Positions 50,454 through 60,152 of a DNA stretch of 64,000 nt are shown piece after piece. The translations under genes and the position numbers were made by a program. The notes beneath the pieces are model-generated. The model was not told where the DNA came from. It was given only the letters and a program-made list of their open reading frames with translations, and made no database searches. The DNA is from Acidobacteriota bacterium (GTDB taxonomy: Bacteria; Acidobacteriota; Vicinamibacteria; Fen-336): assembly GCA_032127875.1 (NCBI GenBank), contig JAQBHI010000051.1, forward strand, positions 7,674 to 71,673. Direction: 5' to 3'. The first letter of the stretch is position 1; every line of letters starts with the position of its first letter.

Positions 50454-50516
50454 GAGCGAAGGAGGTTAGCATGACCTCGAAGACCCTCTCGTGGCACGAT
50501 GGGTCCGGAGGTTGCC

Positions 50517-51086
50517 ATGCGCGCTCGTGCCCTGAGGCCGCTATTCGTGCTCTTCGCTCTGGCCCTTCCCGCTGCGGGGCAGTCGACGTCGGAGTCACGG
50601 CCGCTCGGCGAGAGCCCCAAGGTCGAGGTCGACGCCGACTCTACGGCCGATTTCTCCACCTACAAGACGTACGCGTGGCTCCCGATCAGCGAGCGCCCTG
50701 CCAACTTCGCAGATCACATTCGGATCATGCAAACTGTGGAGCATGAGCTCGAAGCAAAGGGTCTGGTGAAGGACCAGGCGGGCGCGCCCCAGGTGTTCGT
50801 GGGCTACTCCGCGACGTCGAAGAAGAAGCTGCGCGGCGATTCGTACAAGCAGAACTCCAGCTCGCGTGGCCCGAGCGACGTGCGCACCATCGTGGAACTA
50901 AGGCGCGTCGAGGAACAGACGCTCTCGATCGAGTTTCGCGACGGCAAGAGCCGCAAGCGCGTCTTCCTGGGTACGCGCCATGAGCCGCTCCAACGCTCGG
51001 ATCTGGTGGCCTATCAGTTGATCGACGCCGTGAAGGCGATCCTCGCGAGCTACCCGCCCGCGCCGGCCGCCTCGCCCCGCCCGTGA
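50517..51086 (+). CDS. Exported DUF4136-like protein
   Basis: GGAGG RBS, signal peptide, DFSTYKTYAW..VEHELEAKGL..LSIEFRD..IDAVKAILASYPP. Confidence 0.7.
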   Translation: MRARALRPLFVLFALALPAAGQSTSESRPLGESPKVEVDADSTADFSTYKTYAWLPISERPANFADHIRIMQTVEHELEAKGLVKDQAGAPQVFVGYSATSKKKLRGDSYKQNSSSRGPSDVRTIVELRRVEEQTLSIEFRDGKSRKRVFLGTRHEPLQRSDLVAYQLIDAVKAILASYPPAPAASPRP

Positions 51087-52213
51087 AGCTCCTCCTCGCC
51101 CCGGCCTCCTTCAAGGAGTCGATGACGGCCAGGGAAGCGGCTCTAGCGATGCAGCGGGGAGCGCGAACTGCGGCTCCCGATCTCGAACTTGCGTTGCTGC
51201 CGGTTGCCGATGGTGGCGAAGGTACGCTGGAAACGCTGGTCTCCGCCGCGGGCGGCTCGCTGCGGATGATCGAGGCGACGGGCCCGCGCGGGATTCCGGT
51301 GCAGGCCTGCCTCGGCGCGCTGCCCGATGGCACGGCGGTTCTAGAGGCGGCGCAGGCGTGCGGGCTTGGTTTGCTGCCGTCGGCCCTGCGTGACCCGCGC
51401 TTCACAACCTCGCGCGGCGTCGGTGAAATGCTGCGCGCCACCCTGGACTCGGGCGCCTCGCGCATCATCGTCGGCCTCGGCGGCAGCGCAACCAACGATG
51501 CCGGAGCGGGCGCGCTCCAGGCCCTTGGCGCGTCGCTCGTCGACGAAGCCGGAAAGCCAATCGGCCCCGGCGGTGCCGCCCTCGCCCGCCTGCACAGCAT
51601 CGATCTCGCCGGCCTCGACCCTCGGCTCGCCGCGAGCGTGCTCGACGTCGCTTGCGACGTCACGAGCCCGCTGTGCGGCCCCGAAGGCGCGACCGCGCTG
51701 TTCGCGCCCCAGAAGGGCGCCTCGCCCGAGACTGTGAGCGTGCTCGAGGCGAACCTCGCGCGCTTCGCCGAGGTTGTTGAGCGCGATACCGGCCGATGCC
51801 TTCGCGACGCGCCCGGCGCCGGCGCGGCGGGCGGCCTGGGCGCAGCGCTGATGCTCTGTGGCGCGCGCCTCGTGCCAGGCATCGATTGGGTCCTGGACGC
51901 GCTGGGCTTCGACGCTGCTCTCGCCGGCGCGTGCGTCGTCTTGACTGGCGAGGGCACGCTCGACGCCCAAACGGTGCGCGGCAAGGCGATCGCGGGGCTT
52001 TCGGCGCGCGCCGCTAGACGGGGTGTCCCGGTCGTGGCCCTGGCCGGCCGCCTCGAAGCCGGCTACGAACGCCTCTATGATCAGGGTTTGACGGCCGCGC
52101 TCTCGATCAATCCAGGGCCCCAGCGAACCGAAGACGCCCTCCACGACGGCGCCGCGAACCTGGAGCGCGCTACGCGCGACGTGGTCCGCTTTCTGCACGC
52201 CCTAGGCTCGTGA
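51083..52213 (+). CDS. glxK: Glycerate kinase (GlxK/GarK type)
   Basis: APASFKESMTA, PVADGGEGT, GLGGSATNDAG, FAPQKGA, GAGAAGGLG, TGEG..DAQT..GK. Confidence 0.95.
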   Translation: MKLLLAPASFKESMTAREAALAMQRGARTAAPDLELALLPVADGGEGTLETLVSAAGGSLRMIEATGPRGIPVQACLGALPDGTAVLEAAQACGLGLLPSALRDPRFTTSRGVGEMLRATLDSGASRIIVGLGGSATNDAGAGALQALGASLVDEAGKPIGPGGAALARLHSIDLAGLDPRLAASVLDVACDVTSPLCGPEGATALFAPQKGASPETVSVLEANLARFAEVVERDTGRCLRDAPGAGAAGGLGAALMLCGARLVPGIDWVLDALGFDAALAGACVVLTGEGTLDAQTVRGKAIAGLSARAARRGVPVVALAGRLEAGYERLYDQGLTAALSINPGPQRTEDALHDGAANLERATRDVVRFLHALGS

Positions 52214-53361
52214 ACACTGAGAGGCCTCGCAACTCGGGCGCTTCGCCGATGATCGCAGCGGTCGTCGCGCTGGCACTGCTCGGCGCTTCGCCCGCGCCGC
52301 GCCCCGTCACGCCGGCGAGGGGTGTAGAGCGGACGCTGATCCTGATCGGGGACGCGGGGAAGCCGGCTGCCGATGGCGAACCCGTGCTGAAAGCCCTCGC
52401 TCGTGAAGTTGGCCGCGAGGCGGAGCGGACGACGGTCGTCTTTCTCGGCGACAACATCTATCCCGGCGGTCTTCCGGAGCCCGCCGCTCCCGAACGCAGC
52501 CAAGCCGAGCGCAGGCTCGACACTCAGGTGGACGTCGTCCGAGGCGCCGGCGTGCGCGCCATCTTCGTGCCCGGCAACCACGATTGGGCCCAGGAAAAGC
52601 CTGGTGGCTGGGACGCGGTCCGGCGGGAGGCGGCCCGCGTGGACAGCCGCGGTGCGCCCAATGTCGAGATGCTCCCCAAGGGTGGCTGTCCCGGCCCGGT
52701 GGTCCGGGACATCGGGTCGCGGCTGCGCCTGGTGCTTCTCGACACGCAGTGGTGGCTGCATGCCTACGAGAAGCCGCAGCCGCCGGATTCCGGATGCCCT
52801 CAGGATACGGAGGACGAGGTGCTGGCCGCGCTCGACGCAGCCTTGCAAACGGCCGGCGAGCGGCAGATCGTGGTGGCGGCGCATCACCCGCTCGCCTCGG
52901 GCGGACCGCACGGCGGCTACTTCAGCCTCCGCCAGCACCTGTTTCCCCTGACGGATCGCAGCAGGAAGCTATGGATTCCGCTGCCCCTCATTGGCTCGCT
53001 CTACCCGCTCGCCCGGCTACAGGGGGCCTCACCGCAGGACCTGATGAACGAGCGCAATCGCCGGATGCGGGCGGCGCTGGAGAGCGTCCTCCGCCAGCAC
53101 CAGCCGCTCGTCTACGCCGCGGGCCACGAGCACACGCTGCAGGTGATCGATGGCGCGAGCGCGCGCCATCTGCTGGTGAGCGGCGCGGGCGTCTACAACC
53201 ACGAGAGCGCGGTCAGGAAGATCGACGGCACCCGCTTCGCCTCGAGCCAGGCCGGCTTCATGAAGCTCGAAGTCGAGCACGGCGGCCGCGTGCGGCTCTC
53301 GGTGCTGGAGGTGAACGCCCGCGGCGACGCGGTCGAAGGTTACGCGGCCTGGCTGGACTAG
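52210..53361 (+). CDS. Exported calcineurin-like metallophosphoesterase
   Basis: Signal peptide, LIGDAG, FLGDNIYP, PGNHDW, LDTQWWL, AHHP, AGHEH. Confidence 0.9.
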   Translation: MNTERPRNSGASPMIAAVVALALLGASPAPRPVTPARGVERTLILIGDAGKPAADGEPVLKALAREVGREAERTTVVFLGDNIYPGGLPEPAAPERSQAERRLDTQVDVVRGAGVRAIFVPGNHDWAQEKPGGWDAVRREAARVDSRGAPNVEMLPKGGCPGPVVRDIGSRLRLVLLDTQWWLHAYEKPQPPDSGCPQDTEDEVLAALDAALQTAGERQIVVAAHHPLASGGPHGGYFSLRQHLFPLTDRSRKLWIPLPLIGSLYPLARLQGASPQDLMNERNRRMRAALESVLRQHQPLVYAAGHEHTLQVIDGASARHLLVSGAGVYNHESAVRKIDGTRFASSQAGFMKLEVEHGGRVRLSVLEVNARGDAVEGYAAWLD

Positions 53362-53364
53362 TCC

Positions 53365-54339
53365 CTACAAGGCCTGGGCGGCGGTGATGACCGCGACGTC
53401 GGCGAGGTCCTGCACCGAACAGCCGCGCGAGACGTCGTTCACCGGCTTGCGAAGGCCCTGCAGGATCGGACCGATGGCTGCGGCGCCGGCCAGGCGCTCG
53501 GTGATCTTGTAGGCGATGTTGCCTGCGTTGAGGTCGGGGAACAGGAAGACGTTTGCGGCCTTCTCGGCGAACGGGCTGTCGGGCGCCTTCTTCTTCGCCA
53601 CCGCCGGCACAAAGGCGGCGTCGAACTGCATCTCGCCGTCGACGACGAGCGCAGGCTCGGCGGCGCGCACCGAAGCTACGGCCCTCTTCACCCGCTCGAC
53701 CGACTCGTGCCGCGCGGAGTCGCGGGTCGAGAACGACAAATACGCGAGCCGAGGCTCGTGGCCAAAGGCGCGCACCGTGGCCGCGGTGGCGCGGCCGATT
53801 TCCGCGAGCGCCTCGGAGCCCGGCGCGATGTTGACTGAGCAGTCGGCATAGAAGAGCGTCTTGTCGGGCCACGACATCACGAACAGCGACGAGGCGCGGC
53901 CAAGGCCCTCGGCCATCCTCACGATCTCGAAGGCCGGCAGAAACGGCTTCGTGTCGCTGTTCAAGCCCGAGACCATGCCCTCGGCCGCCCCGGCTCGCAC
54001 CATCGAGGCGCCGAAGTAGTGGGGGAGGCGGAGCCTGTCCTTCGCGGCTTCGGCCGTCACGCCCTTGTGCTTGCGCGACTCGCGGTAGGCCGCGGCGTAG
54101 GCGGGAGCTTCGGCATCGGCCGTGGGATCACGGACGTCGATGCCAGTCAGCGCGATTTCAAGGCTGGCCGCTCGGTCGCGGACCATGGCCGCGGGTCCGA
54201 TCAGGATCGGCTTCACGAGCTGCTGATCGCGAAGCAAACCTGCCGCGCGGATCGCGCGCTCCTCGAGTCCCTCGGCGTAGACGACGCGGGCGCCCCGGCC
54301 CCGTACCCGATCGCGCATCTCGTCCATGAACATCGGCAT
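53365..54339 (-). CDS. pta: Phosphotransacetylase (short PtaI form)
   Basis: VVYAEGLEERAIRAA, PRLAYLSFST, VDGEMQFDAA, FLFPDLNAGNIAYKITERL, GPILQGLRKPVNDVSRG. Confidence 0.92.
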   Translation of the reverse strand: MPMFMDEMRDRVRGRGARVVYAEGLEERAIRAAGLLRDQQLVKPILIGPAAMVRDRAASLEIALTGIDVRDPTADAEAPAYAAAYRESRKHKGVTAEAAKDRLRLPHYFGASMVRAGAAEGMVSGLNSDTKPFLPAFEIVRMAEGLGRASSLFVMSWPDKTLFYADCSVNIAPGSEALAEIGRATAATVRAFGHEPRLAYLSFSTRDSARHESVERVKRAVASVRAAEPALVVDGEMQFDAAFVPAVAKKKAPDSPFAEKAANVFLFPDLNAGNIAYKITERLAGAAAIGPILQGLRKPVNDVSRGCSVQDLADVAVITAAQAL

Positions 54340-54344
54340 GTGTA

Positions 54345-55580
54345 TCAGGCCGGCGGCCGCCCGGACACGATGCGGCAGGTGTCGCGGGCGATCAGCAACT
54401 CCTCGTTGGTCGGGACCACGAACACGCGCGCCCGAGCGCCGGGCGGCGAGATCTCGACCTCGGCGCCGCGAGCCGGCGCGTTCAGCGCCCGGTCGAGCGC
54501 CAGGCCCACAGCGTCGAGTCCGGTCATGGACCGCTCGCGGATCGCCGGCGCGTTCTCGCCGATGCCGCCGGCGAAGGCGACGGCATCGACGCCGCCGAGC
54601 GCCCCCACGTACGCGGCAATGTACTTGCGAAGCCGATAGCAGAACACGTCGATCGCAAGTGTGGCGCGGTCGTTGCCCTGGGCCTCGGCGTCGAGAAGCG
54701 TGCGCATGTCGTTCGAGAGTCCCGAGATGCCCAAGAGGCCGCTGTGCTTGTTGGCGAGCGAGTTGACCTCGGCCGCGCCGATCTCCTCGCGCGCCGCCAC
54801 GTGCAGCAGGGCAGCGGGGTCGATGTCGCCGCAGCGGGTACCCATGACCAGGCCTTCCAGCGGCGTGAAGCCCATCGAAGTGTCGACCGAGCGCCCCGCG
54901 CGCAGAGCCGCGACCGAGCAGCCGTTGCCGAGATGGCAGGTGATGACCCGCAGGCGAGGGTCGTCGGGGGCGCGGCCGAGCAGCGCCGCGAGACGCTGCG
55001 AGACGAAGCGGTGCGAGGTGCCATGGAAACCGTAGCGCCGGATCCCGTGGCGCTGGTACAGCGTATACGGCAGCCCGTAGATGTAAGCGTGTGGTGGCAT
55101 CGTCTGGTGGAACGACGTGTCGAACACGGCCACGTGCGGCACGCCGCCCAGCACCGCCTGCGCCGCACGGTAGCCGCGCACGTTCGGCGGATTGTGCAGC
55201 GGCGCCATCTCGAAGCAGTCTTCGATTCCTTCGAGGACCTCGTCGTCGATCTCGACCGAGGTCTTGAAGCGTTCGCCCCCATGCACCACGCGATGGCCGA
55301 CGGCTCCGATCTCGGCGCGGCTTGCGATCACCCCCTGCTGCGGGTCCGAAAGCATCGCGATCGCGCGCTCGACGGCGATTTTGTGCTCCAGGATCTCGGC
55401 CGTTTCCTTGTGCGGTTTTGCGCCCTCGCGTTCGTACTTCACGAGCGCGGTGCCGCCGATGTTGTCGATCAGGCCCTTCGCCAGCGTGCGATCCGTGCCG
55501 GCCTGCTCCCTCTCGGCGTCCGTCTCGACGAGCTGGAACTTCACAGACGAAGAGCCGCAGTTGAGGACCAGGATCTTCAC
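54345..55580 (-). CDS. ackA: Acetate kinase
   Basis: ILVLNCGSSSVK, GHRVVHGG, APLHNP, AVFDTSFH, RRYGFHGTSH, CHLGNG, TSMGFTPLEG, GGIGEN. Confidence 0.97.
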   Translation of the reverse strand: MKILVLNCGSSSVKFQLVETDAEREQAGTDRTLAKGLIDNIGGTALVKYEREGAKPHKETAEILEHKIAVERAIAMLSDPQQGVIASRAEIGAVGHRVVHGGERFKTSVEIDDEVLEGIEDCFEMAPLHNPPNVRGYRAAQAVLGGVPHVAVFDTSFHQTMPPHAYIYGLPYTLYQRHGIRRYGFHGTSHRFVSQRLAALLGRAPDDPRLRVITCHLGNGCSVAALRAGRSVDTSMGFTPLEGLVMGTRCGDIDPAALLHVAAREEIGAAEVNSLANKHSGLLGISGLSNDMRTLLDAEAQGNDRATLAIDVFCYRLRKYIAAYVGALGGVDAVAFAGGIGENAPAIRERSMTGLDAVGLALDRALNAPARGAEVEISPPGARARVFVVPTNEELLIARDTCRIVSGRPPA

Positions 55581-55583
55581 GCC

Positions 55584-56465
55584 TTAGGCATCCTTCTTCA
55601 GCAGCTTGCCGTCCGCGTCGTACTCGAAGAAGCCGCGGCCCGATTTCACGCCCAGCTGCCCGGCACGGATCATCTTGCGCAGCAAGGGGCAGGGGCGGTA
55701 CTTGAGATCGCCCAGCTCGTCGAACAGGTATTGCGTCCAGCGCATCACCTCGTCGAGACCCATGCTGTCGGCGAGCGCCAGGGGGCCGATCGGCAGGCCG
55801 TAGCCGAGTCTCATGGCCGTGTCGACGGCATCGGCCGTGGCGACGCCCTCCATCACAACCTGCATCGCTTCGTTGAGGAACGGCAGGATCACGCGGGTCG
55901 TGACGTAGCCTGGATACTCGAACACCTCGACAGCCGTCTTGCCCACGATGCGCACGAACTCGCGGGCCGAGGCGTAGGTATCGTTCGAGGTCTTGAGCCC
56001 GCGCACCACCTCGACCAGCGGCACGCGCGGCGCCGGGTGGAGAAAGTGCAGGCCGATCACCCGGTCGGGCCGGTTGGTGTGCGTCGCGATCTCGGTCACG
56101 GAAAGCGTCGAGGTGTTGGTGGCGAGGATGTCCTCGGGCGGGCAGATTCGGTCGAGCTCGCGGAACAGCGAGCACTTGAGGGGCAGGTCCTCCGGGACGC
56201 ATTCGATGATGAGGTGGGCGGCCTCGAGGGCCGGCAGGCCGTCGACGGTGCGGATCCGCGCCAGAATCGCTTTCTTCTCCGACTCGGTCCGCCGCCACTT
56301 GGCGATGTCGCGGTCGAGGTCCTCACCGATAGCCTCGCGGCAGCGCTTCGCCACCTCGGCCGACTGCTCGGCAATCAGCACGTCGAGCCCCACGGCGGCG
56401 CACGTGGTCGCGATGCCCTGGCCCATCGTGCCCGCCCCCACGATGCCGACAACTGAGATCGCCAT
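55584..56465 (-). CDS. hbd: 3-hydroxyacyl(butyryl)-CoA dehydrogenase
   Basis: [65 protein letters not shown]; ATG at 56465. Confidence 0.93.
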   Translation of the reverse strand: MAISVVGIVGAGTMGQGIATTCAAVGLDVLIAEQSAEVAKRCREAIGEDLDRDIAKWRRTESEKKAILARIRTVDGLPALEAAHLIIECVPEDLPLKCSLFRELDRICPPEDILATNTSTLSVTEIATHTNRPDRVIGLHFLHPAPRVPLVEVVRGLKTSNDTYASAREFVRIVGKTAVEVFEYPGYVTTRVILPFLNEAMQVVMEGVATADAVDTAMRLGYGLPIGPLALADSMGLDEVMRWTQYLFDELGDLKYRPCPLLRKMIRAGQLGVKSGRGFFEYDADGKLLKKDA

Positions 56466-56538
56466 GAAGGCCGAGATCGTAGCATTCTCGTGGCCATGGC
56501 CGCGTTGTATGATTCCTAAGAGCTGCAAGGAGGGATCC

Positions 56539-57012
56539 GTGACCAGACTGAGCGTGAACGGCAAGACAGTCGAGATCGACGCAGACCCCGCGATGCCCTT
56601 GCTGTGGGTCCTGCGCGAGGAGCTGCGCCTCACGGGAACCAAGTTCGGCTGCGGCATGTCGCTGTGCGGCGCGTGTACGATCCACCTCGACGGCGAGGCC
56701 GTGCGCTCCTGCGTGACGCCGCTTTCCGCATCGGCCGGCAAGAACGTCACGACGATCGAGGGCCTCTCGCCAGACCTCTCGCACGCGGTGCAACGAGCCT
56801 GGATCGCCGAGGAAGTGCCGCAGTGCGGCTACTGCCAGTCGGGGCAGATCATGAGCGCCGTTGTCCTGCTGCGCGAGAAGCCCGCACCCACGGACGCTGA
56901 CATCGACGACGCCATGGCCGGCAACATCTGCCGCTGCGGCACGTATCAGCGGATCCGCACCGCCATCCATCGCGCCTCGAAGGCGCTGGCCGAGCGAGGA
57001 GCCAAGCGGTGA
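56539..57012 (+). CDS. iorA: (2Fe-2S)2 small subunit, isoquinoline 1-oxidoreductase alpha/CoxS-like
   Basis: [18 protein letters not shown] and [14 protein letters not shown]; RBS AAGGAGG; GTG at 56539. Confidence 0.93.
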   Translation: MTRLSVNGKTVEIDADPAMPLLWVLREELRLTGTKFGCGMSLCGACTIHLDGEAVRSCVTPLSASAGKNVTTIEGLSPDLSHAVQRAWIAEEVPQCGYCQSGQIMSAVVLLREKPAPTDADIDDAMAGNICRCGTYQRIRTAIHRASKALAERGAKR

Positions 57013-59159
57013 GCGCCCTCGTCCGCCGTGACTTCCTGAAGATCGGCGTGGCGGCCGGCGGCGGTCTGCTGATCGGCGTTCATCTGCCGGGCCGCAGCGG
57101 ACTCGCCGAGGCCGCCGCGGCGACGCCGTTTTCTCCTAACGCTTACGTCCGCATCGGCGCCGACGATCTGGTGACCGTGATCGTCGGCAAGGCCGAGATG
57201 GGACAGGGTGTGTACACGACACTCGCGATGCTGGTGGCCGAGGACCTCGAGGCCGACTGGTCGAAGCTGCGAGCCGAGTCGGCGCCGGTCGATCCCGCTT
57301 ACAACCACACCGCCTTCGGCATACAGATGACGGGCGGCAGCTCCAGCACCTGGTCTGAGTGGGACCGGATGCGCAAGGCAGGGGCGACCGCGAAGGCCAT
57401 GTTGCTGGCTGCGGCGGCCCAGACATGGAAGGTCGATGTCGGGACCTGCAGCGCCGAGCAAGGCTTCGTGATCCACACCCCGAGCGGCAAGCGCCTCTCG
57501 TTCGGCGCGCTCGTAGAAACCGCGTCGGTGCTGACGCCGCCGGCCGACGTGACGCTCAAGGACCCGAAAGACTTCAAGATCCTCGGCCGCGCGATGCCGC
57601 GGCTCGACACACCGGCTAAGGTCAACGGCTCGGCGCAGTTTGGCCTCGACGTCTCGCTTCCCGGCATGCTCGTCGCCGTGGTGCTCCGACCGCCGGTGTT
57701 CGGTGCCATTGCCCTGAAGGTCGACGACGCGAAGGCCAAGGCGTTACCCGGTGTGCGTGTCGTCGCCCCGATCCCGCAGGGCATCGTCGTGGCTGCGACG
57801 GGCTTCTGGGCTGCTAACAAAGGCCGCGAGGCGCTCAGTGTCGAGTGGAACCTGGGTGAGAGCGCCCGCCTGTCGACGGCGAGCCTGCGCGAGCAATATT
57901 CCGCGCTGGCCCGAACGCCCGGTCTCGTCGCGAGGAACCAGGGCGACGCCGCGGGCGCCTTGGCCTCTGCCGCGAAGACGCTCGAGGCGGAGTACGAAGT
58001 GCCGTTTCTGGCCCACGCCATGATGGAGCCGCTCAACTGCGTCGTGGACCTGCGCGCGGATCGTTGCGAGATCTGGACCGGCACGCAGTTCCAGACGAGC
58101 GATCGGGACGCCGCCGCCAGCGCCGCCGGACTGCGCCCCGACCAGGTGCAGATCCACACAACCTTGATGGGTGGCGGCTTCGGCCGGCGCGCCACGCCCT
58201 CGAGCGACTTCGTGCGCGAGGCCGTCGAGACCGCGAAGGCCGTGAAGGCGCCGGTGAAGGTCATCTGGACGCGCGAAGACGACATCCGCGGCGGCTACTA
58301 CCGGCCCATGTGGCACGACCGGATCGTGGCGGGCGTGGATGCGGGCGGCGCGCCGCTGGCCTGGAGCCACAGCATCGTCGGGCAATCGGTCATGACGGGC
58401 ACGCCCTTCGAAAAGGTCCTCATCAAGGACGGTGTCGACGGCACCTCGGTCGAGGGCGCCGCGGATCTGCCGTACGCGATCCCGAATCTGCGCGTCGAAC
58501 TGCACAGCCCGCACAGTGCTATTCCCGTGCTGTGGTGGCGCTCGGTCGGCCATTCGCACAACGCCTTCGTCACCGAGTGCTTCCTGGACGAGCTCGCCCA
58601 GGCGGCGGGCAAGGATCCGGTCGAGTTCCGCCGTGCCCTGCTCGATCACCAGCCACGGCACCGGCAGGTGCTCGAGGTGGCGGCCGAGAAGGCGGGCTGG
58701 GGCAAGCCGCTGCCGCCCGGTCGCGCGCGCGGCGTCGCGGTCCACGAGTCCTTCGGTAGCTTCGTCGCGCAGGTGGCCGAGGTGTCACTATCGGGCTCGG
58801 GTGTCAAGGTGCATCGCGTGGTGTGCGCGATCGATTGCGGGAGGATCGTGAACCCCGACACGATCCAGGCGCAGATCGAAGGCGGCATCGTGTTCGGGCT
58901 CAGCGCCGCCCTCTACGGCGAAATCACGCTGAAGGACGGGCGTGTGGAGCAGTCGAACTTCCACGACTACCCGGTGCTGCGGATGAACGAGATGCCGTGG
59001 GTCGAGGTCCACATCGTGCCGAGCGACGAGAAACCGGGCGGCGTCGGCGAACCCGGCGTTCCGCCGATCGCTCCAGCCGTCGTTAACGCGATCGCCGTCT
59101 TGACGAACCGGCGGATCCGGCGGCTCCCGATTCGGCCCGAGGACCTGGGGCTCGCTTGA
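57009..59159 (+). CDS. iorB: Molybdopterin-binding large subunit, IorB-like (xanthine oxidase family), Tat signal
   Basis: RRDFLK Tat motif, [38 protein letters not shown]. Confidence 0.93.
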   Translation: MSALVRRDFLKIGVAAGGGLLIGVHLPGRSGLAEAAAATPFSPNAYVRIGADDLVTVIVGKAEMGQGVYTTLAMLVAEDLEADWSKLRAESAPVDPAYNHTAFGIQMTGGSSSTWSEWDRMRKAGATAKAMLLAAAAQTWKVDVGTCSAEQGFVIHTPSGKRLSFGALVETASVLTPPADVTLKDPKDFKILGRAMPRLDTPAKVNGSAQFGLDVSLPGMLVAVVLRPPVFGAIALKVDDAKAKALPGVRVVAPIPQGIVVAATGFWAANKGREALSVEWNLGESARLSTASLREQYSALARTPGLVARNQGDAAGALASAAKTLEAEYEVPFLAHAMMEPLNCVVDLRADRCEIWTGTQFQTSDRDAAASAAGLRPDQVQIHTTLMGGGFGRRATPSSDFVREAVETAKAVKAPVKVIWTREDDIRGGYYRPMWHDRIVAGVDAGGAPLAWSHSIVGQSVMTGTPFEKVLIKDGVDGTSVEGAADLPYAIPNLRVELHSPHSAIPVLWWRSVGHSHNAFVTECFLDELAQAAGKDPVEFRRALLDHQPRHRQVLEVAAEKAGWGKPLPPGRARGVAVHESFGSFVAQVAEVSLSGSGVKVHRVVCAIDCGRIVNPDTIQAQIEGGIVFGLSAALYGEITLKDGRVEQSNFHDYPVLRMNEMPWVEVHIVPSDEKPGGVGEPGVPPIAPAVVNAIAVLTNRRIRRLPIRPEDLGLA

Positions 59160-59728
59160 GAGCCGCGGCCGTGGCACTCCTGGCCAGCGCCGGCTTCGCA
59201 GGGCAGCTCGGCTTTGCGGGGGATCCGCCGCAACCGGTCGACGAAGCGGGCGCGCGCGCCTTCTTCCTGAAGGCGACGCCCGTGTTTCTGAGCCCGCGGT
59301 GCCTCAACTGCCATCCCTCGGGCGAGCGGCCGCTCCAGACAGATCGCTCGCGGCCGCACGCGATGAACGTGAAGCGCGGGCCCGAGGGGCGTGGGATGAG
59401 CGCAGCGAAGTGCGCGAACTGCCACCAACCGCAGAACACGCCAGGGGCGAACATGCCGCCGGGCGCTCCCAATTGGCAGCTGCCGCTACCGTCGATGAAG
59501 ATGGTCTTCGAGGGCAAGCGCGCCGCCGAGCTATGCCGGCAGTTGAAGGACCCGGAGCAGAACGGCGGCAAGACCGTGGGCCAGATCGTCGAGCACTTGA
59601 CGAGCGACCCGCTCGTGATCTGGGGCTGGAACCCGGGCGAAGGCCGTACCCTGCCGCCGGTCGAGCACAAGGCCTTCGCCGTGGCGATGAGGGCCTGGGC
59701 CGACAAGGGCGCCGCCTGCCCGGAGTAG
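59156..59728 (+). CDS. Exported diheme c-type cytochrome
   Basis: Signal peptide, CLNCH and CANCH heme motifs, [19 protein letters not shown]; TTGA overlap with iorB. Confidence 0.85.
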   Translation: MRAAAVALLASAGFAGQLGFAGDPPQPVDEAGARAFFLKATPVFLSPRCLNCHPSGERPLQTDRSRPHAMNVKRGPEGRGMSAAKCANCHQPQNTPGANMPPGAPNWQLPLPSMKMVFEGKRAAELCRQLKDPEQNGGKTVGQIVEHLTSDPLVIWGWNPGEGRTLPPVEHKAFAVAMRAWADKGAACPE

Positions 59729-60149
59729 CGGCGCTTCTTGGCAGCGGCGCGCGGTTCCAGGTCGTGGGCGCCCACGCGATGGCCGCTCATGGCGTGCCCA
59801 GGGCGACTGGCGACCTCGACCTCTGGGTCGCTCGGGATGAAGACAACGCCGCGCGCGTGTTCTCAGCCTTGAAGGGCTTTGGTGCTCCCGTCACGACGCT
59901 CGGCCTGACTCTCGCCGACCTGACCCGCGCCGACCATGTCATCCAGCTGGGCCTGCCGCCTCGACGCATCGACATCCTGACCGGCATCAGCGGTGTCGGC
60001 TTTGACGACGCCTGGGTTGACCGCCTGACGCACAGCGTCGGCGATCTGAGTCTGCCCTTTCTCGGCCGCGCAGCTCTCGTGCGCAACAAGCGCGCCGCGC
60101 GAGCCGCGCGAAGGACCTTGCGGACCTCGAAGCGCTCGGCGAGCGCTAA
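59728..60149 (+). pseudogene. Decayed minimal nucleotidyltransferase (DUF6036-like)
   Basis: VVGAHAMAAHGVPRATGDLDLWV (GxxA..DxD), IQLGLPPRRIDILT. No start codon after the cytochrome stop. A frameshift at about 60099 displaces the conserved tail RAKDLADLEAL to TAA at 60147-60149. Confidence 0.8.
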
Positions 60150-60152
60150 AAC

